This document shows positions 47,166 to 60,060 of a DNA stretch of 64,000 nt, in pieces (positions within the stretch are counted from its first letter, which is position 1; every line of letters starts with the position of its first letter). The DNA comes from Phyllosticta citribraziliensis (taxonomy: Eukaryota): positions 310,001-374,000 of the forward strand of contig NW_027117352.1 of assembly GCF_038025025.1 (NCBI RefSeq), written 5' to 3'. Below the pieces are notes generated by a model. That model saw only the letters and a list, made by a program, of their open reading frames with translations. It made no database searches and was not told where the DNA came from. A program made the position numbers and the translations under genes.

Positions 47166-49028
47166 ATGGAAGCAACGTCGACTCGCTACATCGCTGCGCT
47201 CACGCCGAAACTGGTGGGCCTGTTCGTGACATCAATCTTAATCTACGGGCTTGCTCGCCTTCCGGGCTGGCTCCGCAAAGTCGATACATGGCGAAAGTAC
47301 TGCTCTTCGCACATCAAGTTCAGTCGGGAAGCTGGTGAAGGAAAATACCTGTGGCTTGAGGATCCTTGGTCGAGTTCGCCGCCGCCACCATGGTCATGCG
47401 CTTCGGATTGTAGGTTCTAACACGTAACAGAAAATCGCAACTACTGGTTGTGTAAACACGCTGCGATCAAACACGTCTTCAGCCGGTCCGCGATTCAGGA
47501 GACCGACCACCGCGCCGGCTTTGACTGGTTCCATTTTGCGGGGTGGGAAATTCCGACGACGGACAGCAGGTACAAGAAGACCGTGAGAAACGCCGACTCC
47601 ACAGTCCACAGGGAGCTGGCAAAGTCCAAGTTGAGCAGCCTCCTTGACTCAGTCAGAAGAATCGGCTTCGGAGAGATCGAGCGGTATAAGGCGGCTGTTG
47701 GAAAAGAGGGCAAACATGTCTCGCTCCACACGCTGTTATATCGTCTCGGATACAATGTCAATTGCATCGGTATCTTTGGGCCGGACTTGGATCATGTCAA
47801 GACACGAGTTATTCTTCAAAACTTTACCGAACGCCAGCATGAGATGTTCAACTGCTTCAATTGGCCGCTTCCACTGTGGTTGACCAGCCTTGTTGTACCA
47901 GGTGCGAGACACACGGTCAAAGCCCGCAAGCAGCTTTTTGACCAGTTGCTTTCATGGTACAATACCGGTGGCGTGGCCAGAGCATCACAGGAGATGCAAG
48001 CCGTCGTCCGGGTCTTTGAGGAAGCAAAGACGTCTCCTGATGTTGGATCCAAATTCCTAAACAGTGAGTGCATGACACGGCGTGCGCTAGCCCCAGCCAC
48101 TGGTGCTGTCTCTGATTGGAGAAACAGTGATGATGATTGCCTTTTTGGCCAACACGCCAGAGACTCTGGGATGGCTCTTCACCCACCTGATCCAATCTCC
48201 GAAGCTCTTTGAGATCGTTCGTGCCGAGTGCGACGCGGTAGGAGACATTGACGGGACGGCACCCTTCTTGAAGCTCACGCCTCATTTGTATTCGGCCTTG
48301 TTTGAGACATGTCGACTCTACGTCTTTACAGGTATCTGCCGTCCGTCTTCAACCAAGGTCATAAGCTAATCCGGAGCAGGTACTCCCGCGACTGTTATCA
48401 AGCCCACAACGTTGCCTGGGATGGGAGACCACGTCTTTCTCCCTGGCGACATTCTTCATTCGATGGGGCAGTCGGCTGCGATGGACGTCCATGTCTACGG
48501 CGAAGATGCGAAATTTTGGAAAGGCCATCGATTTGTCGGTGAAGGCGAACATCTGCTCAAATACGACTTGACGTTTGGCATTGGACGAAGCCCGTGTCCC
48601 GGCAGAAACTTCGCAATCGCTGAGCTTTGCCTGATAGCCACGAGGATGGTGCAGACATTCGATTTCTCTGAGCCAATGGTACGTGCCGCGGATACTCCCT
48701 AGGGTGTGCTGAGGTTCGCCGCGGATGCTTTTTGGGCGACGCCGTGCTGAGTTTCGCTTTTGATAGGTCACGGAACGACTGCGTTTCGATGATGCAGACT
48801 TCGAGCTACGAAGCCCCAAGCCGGAGCGCAACGTCGACATCATCGACCTTGATGGCAAGGTGTACAGAATCATCCATCCAGGAAACGGTTCTGATCGAGG
48901 CAAGTTTCACACAAGGAGCTCCCACCTCTTGGCGCGTCGCTGACGATGGTTTTGCAGGCCCACCAGGCATGACGGCAGCAAACACGCCCGAGAGCGACTT
49001 TGCGTGCAAACTTACGCCTCGAATGTGA
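47166..49028 (+). CDS. Cytochrome P450 (CYP7/CYP8-like I-helix), ~515 aa, 6 exons
   Basis: N-terminal TM anchor, I-helix AFLANT, ETCR (ExxR) and heme motif FGIGRSPCPG. Introns 47374-47430, 48064-48127, 48332-48379, 48679-48766 and 48900-48957 (GC-AG). Confidence 0.9.
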
Positions 49029-49609
49029 GCAGCGAGGAGGGTTTTGGCTGGCGGTGCCCAGGCTGGAACGTCGAACAGGGGAAGCTTGAGGCTGGGTGTC
49101 GCGAAGGCATGGATAATGGTAGAGCTATAGCGTAGCGCCAGGTGATTGACGAATCAGGAGGGACGATTTGTGACAGAAGACGAGGAATTAATTAGCCTCT
49201 TCAGTGGCCTCCGGTCCTTGAATTGAGATGGCCAGCGCCTCCCTCAGTGACGGTGAGGCAACACGTGATTGTCAGGTCGCTGGGTCGGGTGTTTTGGAAG
49301 CAGCCGTGCAGCCAGCCGGCCAGCAGTTGAGCAGCCCAGTAGTGTTGGCGGCAGCTCCCAGTCAGCCCGCGCGACCCCACGAACTTTTTTCCCAGCACCT
49401 CGACCTTGCCCAAACACCTGCCCGCCTCGCAACTCACGGGCTGCCTACGACACACTCGATCCAAATCGCTCTTCCACACGCCCGCACGCCTCCTCCCTTG
49501 CAGAAATCTCACAGCCTGCAACCGTTGCGCGCGGCAGCGCAACCCTAATACCTCCCCCGACCCTCGCTCCAAGGCTCTCTTTGAGAGCCTCACCTCCGAC
49601 CGTCTCAAC

Positions 49610-52600
49610 ATGTCGATGCTCCCGCCCGAAGTCCACTCGGCCCTGGCCCAGCTGCTGTCTGGCCTGCAGTCGCCCGACAATGTTATACGCACCCAGGCCG
49701 AGGAGAACCTCAACAACGACTGGGTCAATGCCCAGACCGAGGTCCTGCTCATGGGCCTTGCCGAGCAAATACAACTGGCAGAGGACGCTGGCGTACGTCT
49801 CGTTGGTGGTACACATTTGTAGCCCCGCTGACCTATGCCTCGCAGACTCGTTCGTTCGCCTCCGTGCTATTCAGGCGCATTTCAGTCAAGAACCGGAAGG
49901 ATCCCGTTACAGAACAAACCAAGGAACTCTTCCTCACACTCCCGGAGCCGCATCGCAACGCCATCCGTGCCAAGATGCTGCAGTGTCTCGAGGGCGAGCA
50001 AAGTCCCGCCGTGAGGAACAAGATTGGCGACGCTGTTGCCGAGCTCGCTAGGCAGTATACGGAAGAGGGTAATGTCTTCACATCACCCCAAGCCTTGAAG
50101 GAACAGGACCCTGACGGACGTCGTAACATAGGCGAAGCCTGGCCAGAACTCCTCGGAGCTCTGTTCAAGGCAAGCCAATCGCCGGAGCCAGGCCAGCGCG
50201 AAAATGCCTTCAGGATATTTGCTACAACCCCCGGCATCATTGAGAAGCAACACGAGGACACCGTTTTGGGAGCCTTTACCCAAGGTTTCAAGGATGACAA
50301 CATTTCGGTACTGCCCACGATAGCTTGGCGATGCGTGGCTCGTTGCAGACATGGCAGTCGCTGGGCGAGCACATGATGGCGTTGGCGCTAACGATACACA
50401 GGTCCGCATCGCCGCCATGGAGGCCTTTTCGTCCTTTTTCCGGTCCATCAACAAAAAGTCGCAGCAGAAATACTATTCTCTCATTGGCGAAATTCTCAAC
50501 ATCCTTCCACCCATCAAGGAGGCAGGCGATTCGCAACAGCTGTCCAATGCCTTGATCGCCCTGATCGACTTGGCGGAAATTGCTCCGAAAATGTTCAAGC
50601 CCGTCTTCAACGCGTTGGTCAACTTTAGCATCACGGTCATCCAGGACAAGGAATTGGAAGACAAGACCCGCCAGAATGCTCTTGAGCTCATGGCCACTTT
50701 CTCCGACTCTAGCCCTCAAATGTGCCGCAAGGACGCCAACTACACCCCGGACATGGTGACCCAGTGCTTGTCCCTCATGACGGACGTCGGCATTGACGAC
50801 GATGATGCTGAGGAGTGGAACGCCATGGAGGATGTGAGTTGTATCCGGTTTTGCAATCGGACTTGGCTAACATGTTCAGCTCGACCTTGATGAGAGCGAC
50901 GAAAACCACGTCGCCGGTGAACAAACCATGGATCGCTTGGCAAACAAGCTGGGTGGCTCTGCTATCCTGCTCCCCACCTTCAACTGGCTCCCCCGCATGA
51001 TGACATCGTCAGCTTGGCGCGACAGGCATGCAGCGCTGATGGCTATTTCCGCCATTTCAGAAGGATGCCGCGACATGATGATTGGAGAGCTCGACAAGGT
51101 CCTCGACCTTGTACTGCCGGCTCTCCAAGATGTCCACCCGCGTGTCAGATGGGCCGGCTGTAACGCACTGGGCCAGATGAGCACAGACTTTGCGACCACG
51201 ATGCAAGAAAAATACCACCAGGTTGTCCTCCCCAACATCATCCCGGTCCTCGAATCCACGGAGCCTCGTGTACAAGCCCATGCGGCCGCCGCCCTGGTCA
51301 ACTTTTGCGAGGAAGCCGAAAAGGAGGTCCTTGAACCGTATTTGGACACGTTGTTGAGCCATCTCCTGCAACTCCTGCAAAGTCCCAAGCGTTTTGTCCA
51401 GGAGCAGGCTCTTTCTACTATTGCCACGGTCGCCGACTCGGCCGAGCAGGCGTTTGGCAGGTACTATGACACCCTGATGCCGCTCTTGTTCAACGTTCTC
51501 AAGGAAGAGCAGTCGAGGGAGTACAGGCTCCTGCGCGCCAAGGCTATGGAGTGCGCCACTTTGATTGCTTTGGCTGTTGGCAAAGAAAAGATGGGTCAAG
51601 ATGCTATCGCCCTGGTCAACTTGCTCGGGACTATCCAACAGGGTATCACCGACTCGGACGATCCTCAAGCCTCCTACCTGTTGCACTGCTGGGGCCGCAT
51701 GTGTAGAGTACTGGGCCAAGACTTTGTCCCCTACCTCCAAGCTGTCATCGCGCCGCTCACGGAGCTCGCTAGCGCCAAGGCCGACATTCAGCTTCTCGAG
51801 GATGACGATCAAGTCGCACAGGTGGAGCAAGATGAGGGCTGGGAGCTCGTTCCTCTCAAGGGCAAGGTCATTGGCATCAAGACAAGCACCCTGGATGATA
51901 AGCACATGGCCATTGAGCTCATTGTCATTTATGCTCAAGTCTTGGAGGCCGCTTTCGAGCCTTACGTCGCCACCATCATGGAGAAGATTGCCTTGCCGGG
52001 TCTTGCATTCTTCTTCCATGACCCCGTCAGAGTGGCCTCTGCGAAGTGTGTACCGGCTCTCTTGAACTGCTACAAGAAAGCACACGGCGAGCAGTCGCCG
52101 CGCCTCGGCCAACTATGGGGCCAGACGGTCGACAAGGTCATGGAGGTCCTCACGACCGAGCCTGCCATCGACACTTTGGCTGAGATGTACCAATGCTTTT
52201 ACGAGTGCGTCGAGTGTCTGGGCAAGGGCTGCTTGACTGACCAGCACATGTCTCGCTTTATTGAGAGCGTTGAATCTGTCCTTACCGACTACCAGCAGCG
52301 TGTTACTGCCCGCCTTGAGGACCAAGCCGATGCCGATGACGGAGAAGAATTGTCAGAAGACGTGGCATTCGCCATTGAAGACGACCAGACTCTGCTGTCC
52401 GACATGAACAAGGCTTTCCACGTCGTCTTCCAGATGATGGGCCCTGCCTTCCTTCCACACTGGGAGCGCCTCGTCAAGTTTTATGCCGCTTTCGTTAATA
52501 ACGCCGACCCCACTCAAAGACAGTGGGCGATTTGCATCCTTGACGACGTCCTCGAATTCTGCGGTGAACAATCGTGGAACTACAACCAACAAATTATGGA

Positions 52601-53209
52601 ACCTCTCGTCAATGGCATGCGTGACGATGTGGCTGCCAATAGGCAAGCTGCTGTCTACGGTATCGGTGTTGCTGCACAAAAGGGCGGCGCCGCGTGGTCA
52701 GACTTTGTGGCTGCATGCTTGCCGACCCTGTTTGAGGTTATTCAGCGACCCAATGCGCGCGAGGATGACGACGTCTTCGCAACAGAAAACGCCTGCGCTA
52801 GCATCGCCAAAATCCTGCATTTCAACAACTCCAAGGTGGGCAATGTGCAGGAAGTCGTTGCCGCCTGGGTTGACACGCTCCCCATCGTTAACGACGAGGA
52901 GGCGGCGCCCTACGCTTACGCATTCCTTGCTCAACTCATCGACCAGTATGTATTCCTGCAACTTCCTCTTTATTAAGCTTGTCTAACATAGCCTTGCGCA
53001 GGAACAACCCGGCAGTCATGGGCAAGGCACCCCAATGCTTCACGCACGTTGCACACGCTCTCGAGGCCGAGACGCTGCAGGGCAACATTGCGACACAGAT
53101 TGTGCGAGCGACCAAGCAACTGGTGCAGACGGCGGGCCTGGATGCAGGGCAGCTGCTTGCGACGCTGACGCCCGAGACGCAGCACACGGTGCGGGCATTT
53201 TTTGGATAA
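49610..53209 (+). CDS. PSE1: Importin beta-3 / karyopherin Kap121 (importin-5 orthologue)
   Basis: HEAT repeats with WRDRHAALMAISAISEGC, HPRVRWAGCNALGQMSTDF, RVQAHAAAALVNFCEE and IGIKTS. Five introns. Confidence 0.95.
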
Positions 53210-55106
53210 GCGGAACGCAGCACTGAAAGAATGGGAAAAAGAAAAAGGCGAATCCAAAAGAGGCCGCGACAGACAAGTTGCGCGTGCGCGGAGTGAGGCG
53301 GGAATGAAAAAACGCGGAGATTTTCTTTCTCTTGGTCTTTTTCCTTTTTTTTATGATGATGAACGCCGTTTTGTCGTCGTCGCTGATTTTTTTGTATGGT
53401 AGTGGAAGCTTCTTCTTTTTTTTGATTCCCCCCCTACCCCCTTCTTCTACAATCGAACCACTCTCGACCAAAACTCCTCTACATCACCGATGGACGACGT
53501 CGTTCCTCCTGACCTGAATCATACACGCACGCACTCTCTCCGCGTCAAAACTCCTCTTTTCTCTTGACGGCATGCATACCACATCATCCACAACACACCA
53601 CACCACTCGATTGCTCGCACCAAATGATTCGTACACGGCCTCCGTCCCCTTTCCGCTTCGTCTTTTTCGTCTGATCTGTCCTCGTTCCTCTTTCCTCGTT
53701 GGTTTCTCATCTCCTCGTCTTTCCTTTCTTCTTTTCAGACAGCGCTCCGTTGTAGAACTCTTTTTTCCTTGCCCTTGCTCCTTCCCCCTTCCGCCGCCTT
53801 TTTTACTTTTCTTTTTGGTTTTCGTTAGTCGACGCGAGCAGTGGAGCGGTAGACGAGGCGTGACGGCGGTGGTGGTTTGGCATGCGCCAGGTCGTCTGCT
53901 TTGAATGCCCGTCTGCGTTGCTGCTTGCGCCTGTGTGGCCCGGCCTCCTTCACGAAGTGGCTACCGCTGCTGTTGAAGTGGGACGGCGGTCGTCGCTTTG
54001 GGAGCGAGGCGGCGTGGGTAGGCGTGCTGGCCTTGCCTGCCTGGCTGCTGTGATTGGACTGCGCTGGTCTGGGTTGTGATGTGCGGAGAAGGAGAAGGGA
54101 GCAGCGGGGAAGTGCACGACTGGATTCGGGTTGGTCTGGTTTGGCGGGCTTGCTGGCTGACTGTTGGCAGTGGGGAATTGGCGCAGCGCAGCGCAGTGGC
54201 TGCTGTAGGGGCAGTTGGGCAGATGAGTGGTGGGGATGCGGATGAATGGTGCCAGAGCATGGGATGAAGCGGACGGCAGACAGGCAAGCAAGTGGGTGGG
54301 CTTCATTGTGGTAACAGCGGCATTGTGGATTTGCAGGCGGACTCGCGGACAGGCCAGCAGGTAGGTAGGTAGGTATGTAGACAGATGAGGTAAATGAGAG
54401 ACTCTGCTGCTGCTTTTACTGCGTGTGATTGAGACTAGAGATGAGAGAGAGAGAGAGAGAGACGACAAAGGGAGGGCTGAGAAGTGTGGCTGCCAGGCTC
54501 ACTTCATGATGTTGTGTCGTGTTCTTCACTTGACTACAAAAGTATCCAGACAATACTTGCACACGATGTAGACATGCGATTTTGATTCACAACAACCCAA
54601 ACGCCAGACAATCTGGGCAGGTACAGACACGCATGTAGATTGAAATAGAGATTAATAATACTACATACGTGGGTGCCACACAACTACATATCCTAAACTA
54701 CCCCGCTGCTGTCGCCTGTCCGGTCAGTTCCTCCTGTTCAGTTTCACTGCCTTGGCTCCGTTCCGCCCTATACACACTCCAAGCCGACTGACTGTATGTA
54801 CAACGATGGCAAGCTGGCGAGTGAGCAGGTGGGTAGGCGGGTGCCGAGGCATCCCACGTTATCCCACCATGTCCGTCCGTCCGACCGTCCACCCACAAAT
54901 CCTGCTTCTTCCCGATGCCGGACCGGCCCGCAGCCACCTGCATAGCGTCATCCGAAGACCAATCTGCGCACGCGTCTCGCGTGGTTCAAAGGAGTTGGAC
55001 AGGCAGCCTGGAGGTGTAGGTTGGAAGAAGCGCGCGTTACTTTTATCATAATTCCGTCATTTGCCCAAACGTTGAGGGTAATAAGGTTTTAAAAAAATCA
55101 TTGGCA

Positions 55107-55973
55107 TCAATCATCCCGCTTCTTCGTCGCTTGTCCGGCATCGTGGCCGCCAGCCGCCGCGGCCGTCGCAGCCGCTTCGGCAACCTCTCCATTGGACTTG
55201 TTGTTGTTGTTGGTGGCCACGTTGCCGTTTCCGCCCCTGCCGGCGGCGGCTTCGGCATCGTCGGCATCCCAGTCTTCGGCGTTCTCGTCCCAGTTGTCGA
55301 GCTCGTCCTCGACGCTCATGCCGCCCTCGCCGCCTTCGCGGATGACGCCCGATTCCTGTCCGCCGGCGTGGCTCGTGCCCTCGCCCAGCTCCAGGTCGAC
55401 TTCGTCATTGTCTTCGCCCGGCACGGCGTGGTAGAGCTTGGCTTGGCGGCGGCGCTCGAGCATGCGCTTGTGGTACCAGCTGCTCAGGGCGATGGCGGAG
55501 AGGGAGCCGACGGCGTTGGCGAGTATGTCCCAGGGGTCGAATTGGCGGTCATTCTGGGAGTTGCGTGTTAGAAGGGAGGATCGCAAGATGGGGAGAAGTT
55601 GGTTTTGCGCACTGGCAGTAGACCCTGGACGACCTCGGAGCCGACACCTAGCAGCAGTGGGCAGACGAATAGCGTCAGGTGGAGGACGCGGCGCCGGTTC
55701 GTCTCAAGTATCCAGTAGAAGCAGAGCTGGATGGGCTATTAGCGGGTGCTTGTGGCTTGAGAAGGTCGAGACGGTACTGTGATGAGGAAAAAGGTGATGA
55801 AATGCAAGGCCTTGTCGCTCTGCTTGTACGAGGGTAGTTGTTGGCGGCCAAAGCCGCCTGCAGCAGCGAGCAGGCAGATGGCGGCGAAGGCGCCTGGAGA
55901 GGTGGTTAGCAGTGGAGCAGGTGAGAGGGTGCGTAGGCGACGAGGTACCTGCGGGAGCTTTGCGGATTCGCAT
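55107..55973 (-). CDS. VanZ-like membrane protein, 4 exons
   Basis: Spliced MRIR..|..SDKALHFITFFLIT|LCFYWILETNRRR..GSEVVQGLLP|NDRQFDPWDILANAVG, giving the VanZ DK..H / E..Q / R.FD..D..AN signature. Confidence 0.9.
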
Positions 55974-56509
55974 GGGTGGGAAGTGTGGGGGGGCGGGGGG
56001 TGGGACTATCGCGGGTGGGGCATGTGAGGCGGCGGGTCGCAGCCGGGGGCAGGAGGTGTGAAGTGAAGATGCGAGGTCGCGTGGAGTGTGAGGTGTGAGG
56101 TGTGGGTGTGGGAGAGGTGGGAATGGTGGTGAAGTGAAGCTGCAGGCATCCAGGCGGTCAGGCAGGCGTTCTGCCGGGCGTAACTTGGGCTGGGCCGGGC
56201 GGTGAGCACCCGCAGGGCGACAACCAACCCACCGCACCTCCAGCCGCGCGCCCGTCCAGTCGCTCTGACCTGACCGACCAGACCTCCACGGCACGCGCGA
56301 CTCCCTTTGCATCACCGAGACCCGCCCCCGCATCACCTTTTCATCAAATTTCGCCTCTCATCCATCACCAGTCGGCCCGGCCGTCCCTCTAATGCCCATA
56401 ACCTCCTCGTCGACGCGCCCGTTGACCGTGGAACAGGGGACTGACGAACCCGGCGCTGGTCGAGGAGGTGTTGCCAAGACCTAACGTCGGAACGAGCGCG
56501 GATCCTATC

Positions 56510-56894
56510 ATGAACATCGTCCACCAACGCCCGCCCATACGACATCCCAGCTATGGCGCCCATCGCAACTCGGCCCTCCACAACTCCCAGACCAAACTTC
56601 GCAATCACCCCATGAACCCGGACGACCACCTCCACTCCGCCTCCGCCCCGCCCCCCGCCGACGACGGAGACGTGATAATGGGCGACGATGACCCCAGGGA
56701 CGCCCAGTTCAGGGAACACTTTGCGAGGTCAGAAGCTCGTCTGGCTGCGCTCTTGACCGGCGCGCCTCTAGACTCTTGGTCCTCCTCCAATGGTCGTGAC
56801 GATGCCGCCGTCGCGCCGCAACATGACCGTGCCGATCCCAAAGCGCGCCCCGCTCCGCAACCCAAGAAGCCCGCCCGCATCATCGAAGACGACT

Positions 56895-56925
<31 letters not shown>

Positions 56926-59900
56926 TGATGATGATGACGGCGCACCTACCGCCGAGTCGCCGCTGCAAAACAAGTCTGGCGCAAGCGTCAACAACCTTCA
57001 GGTGCCACCTTTCCACACAAAACCTTCAGCCGACCGCGCCGCATCCACCTCCGCCGACCCCGCAAAGTCATCCGAAGATGTGCGCAAGGAGCTCAATGAG
57101 AAGAGAACGGCCGCCGAGGAGGCTGCGCGCCGGAGCTTTCACACACTCTTCTATACACTCGAAACGGACAGGGATGCCATGTTGGAGCAACAAAAGCTGG
57201 ACGAGTTGGATCGCCAGGTGGAAACGGAAATGTCTGGCCAACCTGGCAGCAACGCAGCCAATTCTTCTAGGGGCGCGCAGCAGCAGGGTTCTTTGAGCAG
57301 CGCCAACTTGGGATCCTCGAGCTTGACGTTCAAGCACCTGATTTCGCGCATCGACGCAAAGCGCAACTTGGTCAGAGCCTCAGATGCGCAATTGCGCAGC
57401 CTCATGAGCGATGTTCGCAAGAACCGGAGCAAATGGGCGAGCGAAGACAAGGTTGGCCAGGAGGAGCTGTACGAGGCGGCTGAAAAGGTCCTCATGGAGC
57501 TCAAGGCCATGACCGAGCACGCGGCGCCCTTTCTGCAGCGCGTCAACAAGCGCGACGCACCCGACTACTACCAAGTCATCAAGCAGCCCATGGACATTGG
57601 GACCATGATCAAGAAGCTCAAGTCGCTCCAGTACCGGTCCAAGAAAGAGTTCGTCGATGACCTCAACCTGATATGGTCCAACTGCCTCAAGTACAATGCG
57701 GATCCCACTCACTTTTTGCGCAAGAAGGCGCTCTACATGAAGAAAGAAACGGACAAGCTGGTTCCACTCATTCCTGACATTGTTGTGCGAGATCGCGCCG
57801 AGGTAGAGGCAGAGGAGAGAAGGATGCAAAGCATTGACGCTGACTTGGAGGGCGTCGAGGAGAGTGATGATGGTACGATGGGATGTTCCCTCTTTGAATC
57901 CTCCGCTAACTCGTTGTTCTAGAAGAGCCAATCATGGCCTCACGCGGACGGAAGGCTCCCAGTAAAGGGAACAAGGGAACATCTACATCAAGGAAAGCAC
58001 CTTCGGCTGGTCCCGAAGGCACTCCTGGAGCAGAGACGAAGCCCCCGCCTGGATCCGCTACCAACCCACGAACCGAGTTCCTCCGCGCCGACTCAGATAT
58101 CCCGACTGAGCAGAATGGCTTCCAAACCCCACCACCTCCCGGAACACTGACACCGTTGGGCCTCAACGGTGCCAGTGCCAGCCAGGCCGACGTCTCGGAT
58201 ATTGACGCCGGAAGCTCGGTGGTCGGCGCAGCGCCGGCTGAGGATCCTGACCTAGACGATGCCGAGTTCAAGACCTGGAAACAAGTCACCAAAAAGGACA
58301 GAGCCATGATTGCTGCTGAGCGGCATAGGCTCTTTCGAAATGATCATCTCAATGTCGAAGAACCTGCCCTGCTCCGGACCAAAGCTGGGATGCGGCGCTG
58401 GTTGAAGCAACACAAGGAAGCGCTGAACATTGGCCAGCCCGACGACTACTTGGAGGCCAGTGAAGGCAAGAATGGTGTTCCACAGGTTTCGGGCGAGACC
58501 CTGGCCGAAGGTATTGAGGGTGAAGAAGAAGAAAGACAAGTTCCCGACTACTACGACGTCATGTCGGCCATGCCAGACTTGAGTGAGCGTCTCAAGTGGG
58601 TTGAAGATTCCGAAGGCCAAGTCATTCAACAAGGAGAAGAGTTCATGCGAATGCTTCCCAAGGGCTACTTTACTGCTCCTCATAGCAAGTTGACCAGTAG
58701 GATGGACGCAAACATGAAACAGATGCAGGATACTCGCAAGATTTGCTCAAAGATTGGCATTGTAAAGCAAATGCAGCTGCAGGGCCAGGTAAGCGTCTTT
58801 GGTAACCGCGACTCCCAAAGCTAACTTTGGCAGACTTACCAAAATCAATTTCAAAAATACGATCCTCAACCCTTCGAGGAACAGGACATTGAGCCCGTCG
58901 TCATCTCTGATGAGGGCGCGACCATGTCTCAGTGGACTTGCCGAGCTGCATTGCAGAGGAGCGTAGCCAAGATCTTCTACCACGCCGGATTCGAAGAATT
59001 CCAACCGTCTGCCCTAGATTCGGTCACGGACATAGCGAGCAACTTTTTCACGCAAATTACTAGGACGTTCAATGTCTATCGAGAAGCGCCCAAAGTCAAG
59101 GCCGAGCCAGTTCCGGTCGGTGACGGTCCGAAGTGGAAACCGCGGTTCACCAACGAAGAGACGATTCTTCATGCCTTGCGCCAGAACGGAGTCGATCTAG
59201 AGGCATTGGATCAATACGTCAGGGAGGACGTTGAGCGGCTGGGAACACGCCTTGGTGTGATGCATGAAAGGATGAAGGCACACTACTCGGAGCTCCTGGT
59301 ATGTCAATTTTTCCTCCACCTAATGAACAGTATACTCATTTCTCTTAGCGTCCCGCTCTCGATGTCAATGCCGGACCGGACGGTGCCGGCGCATTCAACG
59401 ACGGCAGCGAACAGTTTGTCAGTGGCGACTTTGCCGACGAACTCGGCGAGGACTTCTTTGGATTCAAAGAGCTGGGCCTCGACAAGGATCTGCCAACCTT
59501 TGCAGTACCATTCCACTTGTTGCAAAACAGACTGCATTCTCTCCATCAGGCGCAAAATGCAAGGTATGCTTCCCGATCCAGGATCCAACTCTCCGTGCTA
59601 AATAATCAGCAGTGCGACGTCTACTGTTGGCAAGCTTTGGGAGAATCCTGCACCATGGGAACCCGTCACCATCCAAACCATTCGCAACGAAATTGGTCTT
59701 GTTCAGCCCTTCTTTCTGGACAAACTGCACGCAAACAACGACCAACCGCTGGTCGAAGACGAAGACCTGCCCGCCAAACAGCGCTTTCCCAAGCCGCGTT
59801 TGCCGCCTACCGGCAAGATTTCTTCGCCCAGAAAACGTCCACTTCGCGAGCAGCAACAAATGGCCAAGAGAAAAAGAAAGCTCGAAGAAGCAGGCGGCCA

Positions 59901-60060
59901 TGGCGATGCCAATCACGCCCCAGTCAAAGCGCTCAAGACTCCCATGGGCAAAGTCAAGCTGGAGGCTCCGCAGAACAAGGACACGGTGCCAGACCCCGAA
60001 AAGGAGGACAATGGTGTCGTTGGTATGATGAGCCCGGAAAGTATCAATGGCGCAGGATGA
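56510..60060 (+). CDS. SPT7: SAGA complex bromodomain subunit Spt7, 5 exons
   Basis: [22 protein letters not shown], bromodomain [30 protein letters not shown], histone-fold [24 protein letters not shown] and RLPPTGKI. Confidence 0.96.
56898..56938 (+). repeat. (GAC/GAT)n coding repeat giving poly-Asp in Spt7
   Basis: Directly visible and in frame. Confidence 0.9.
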
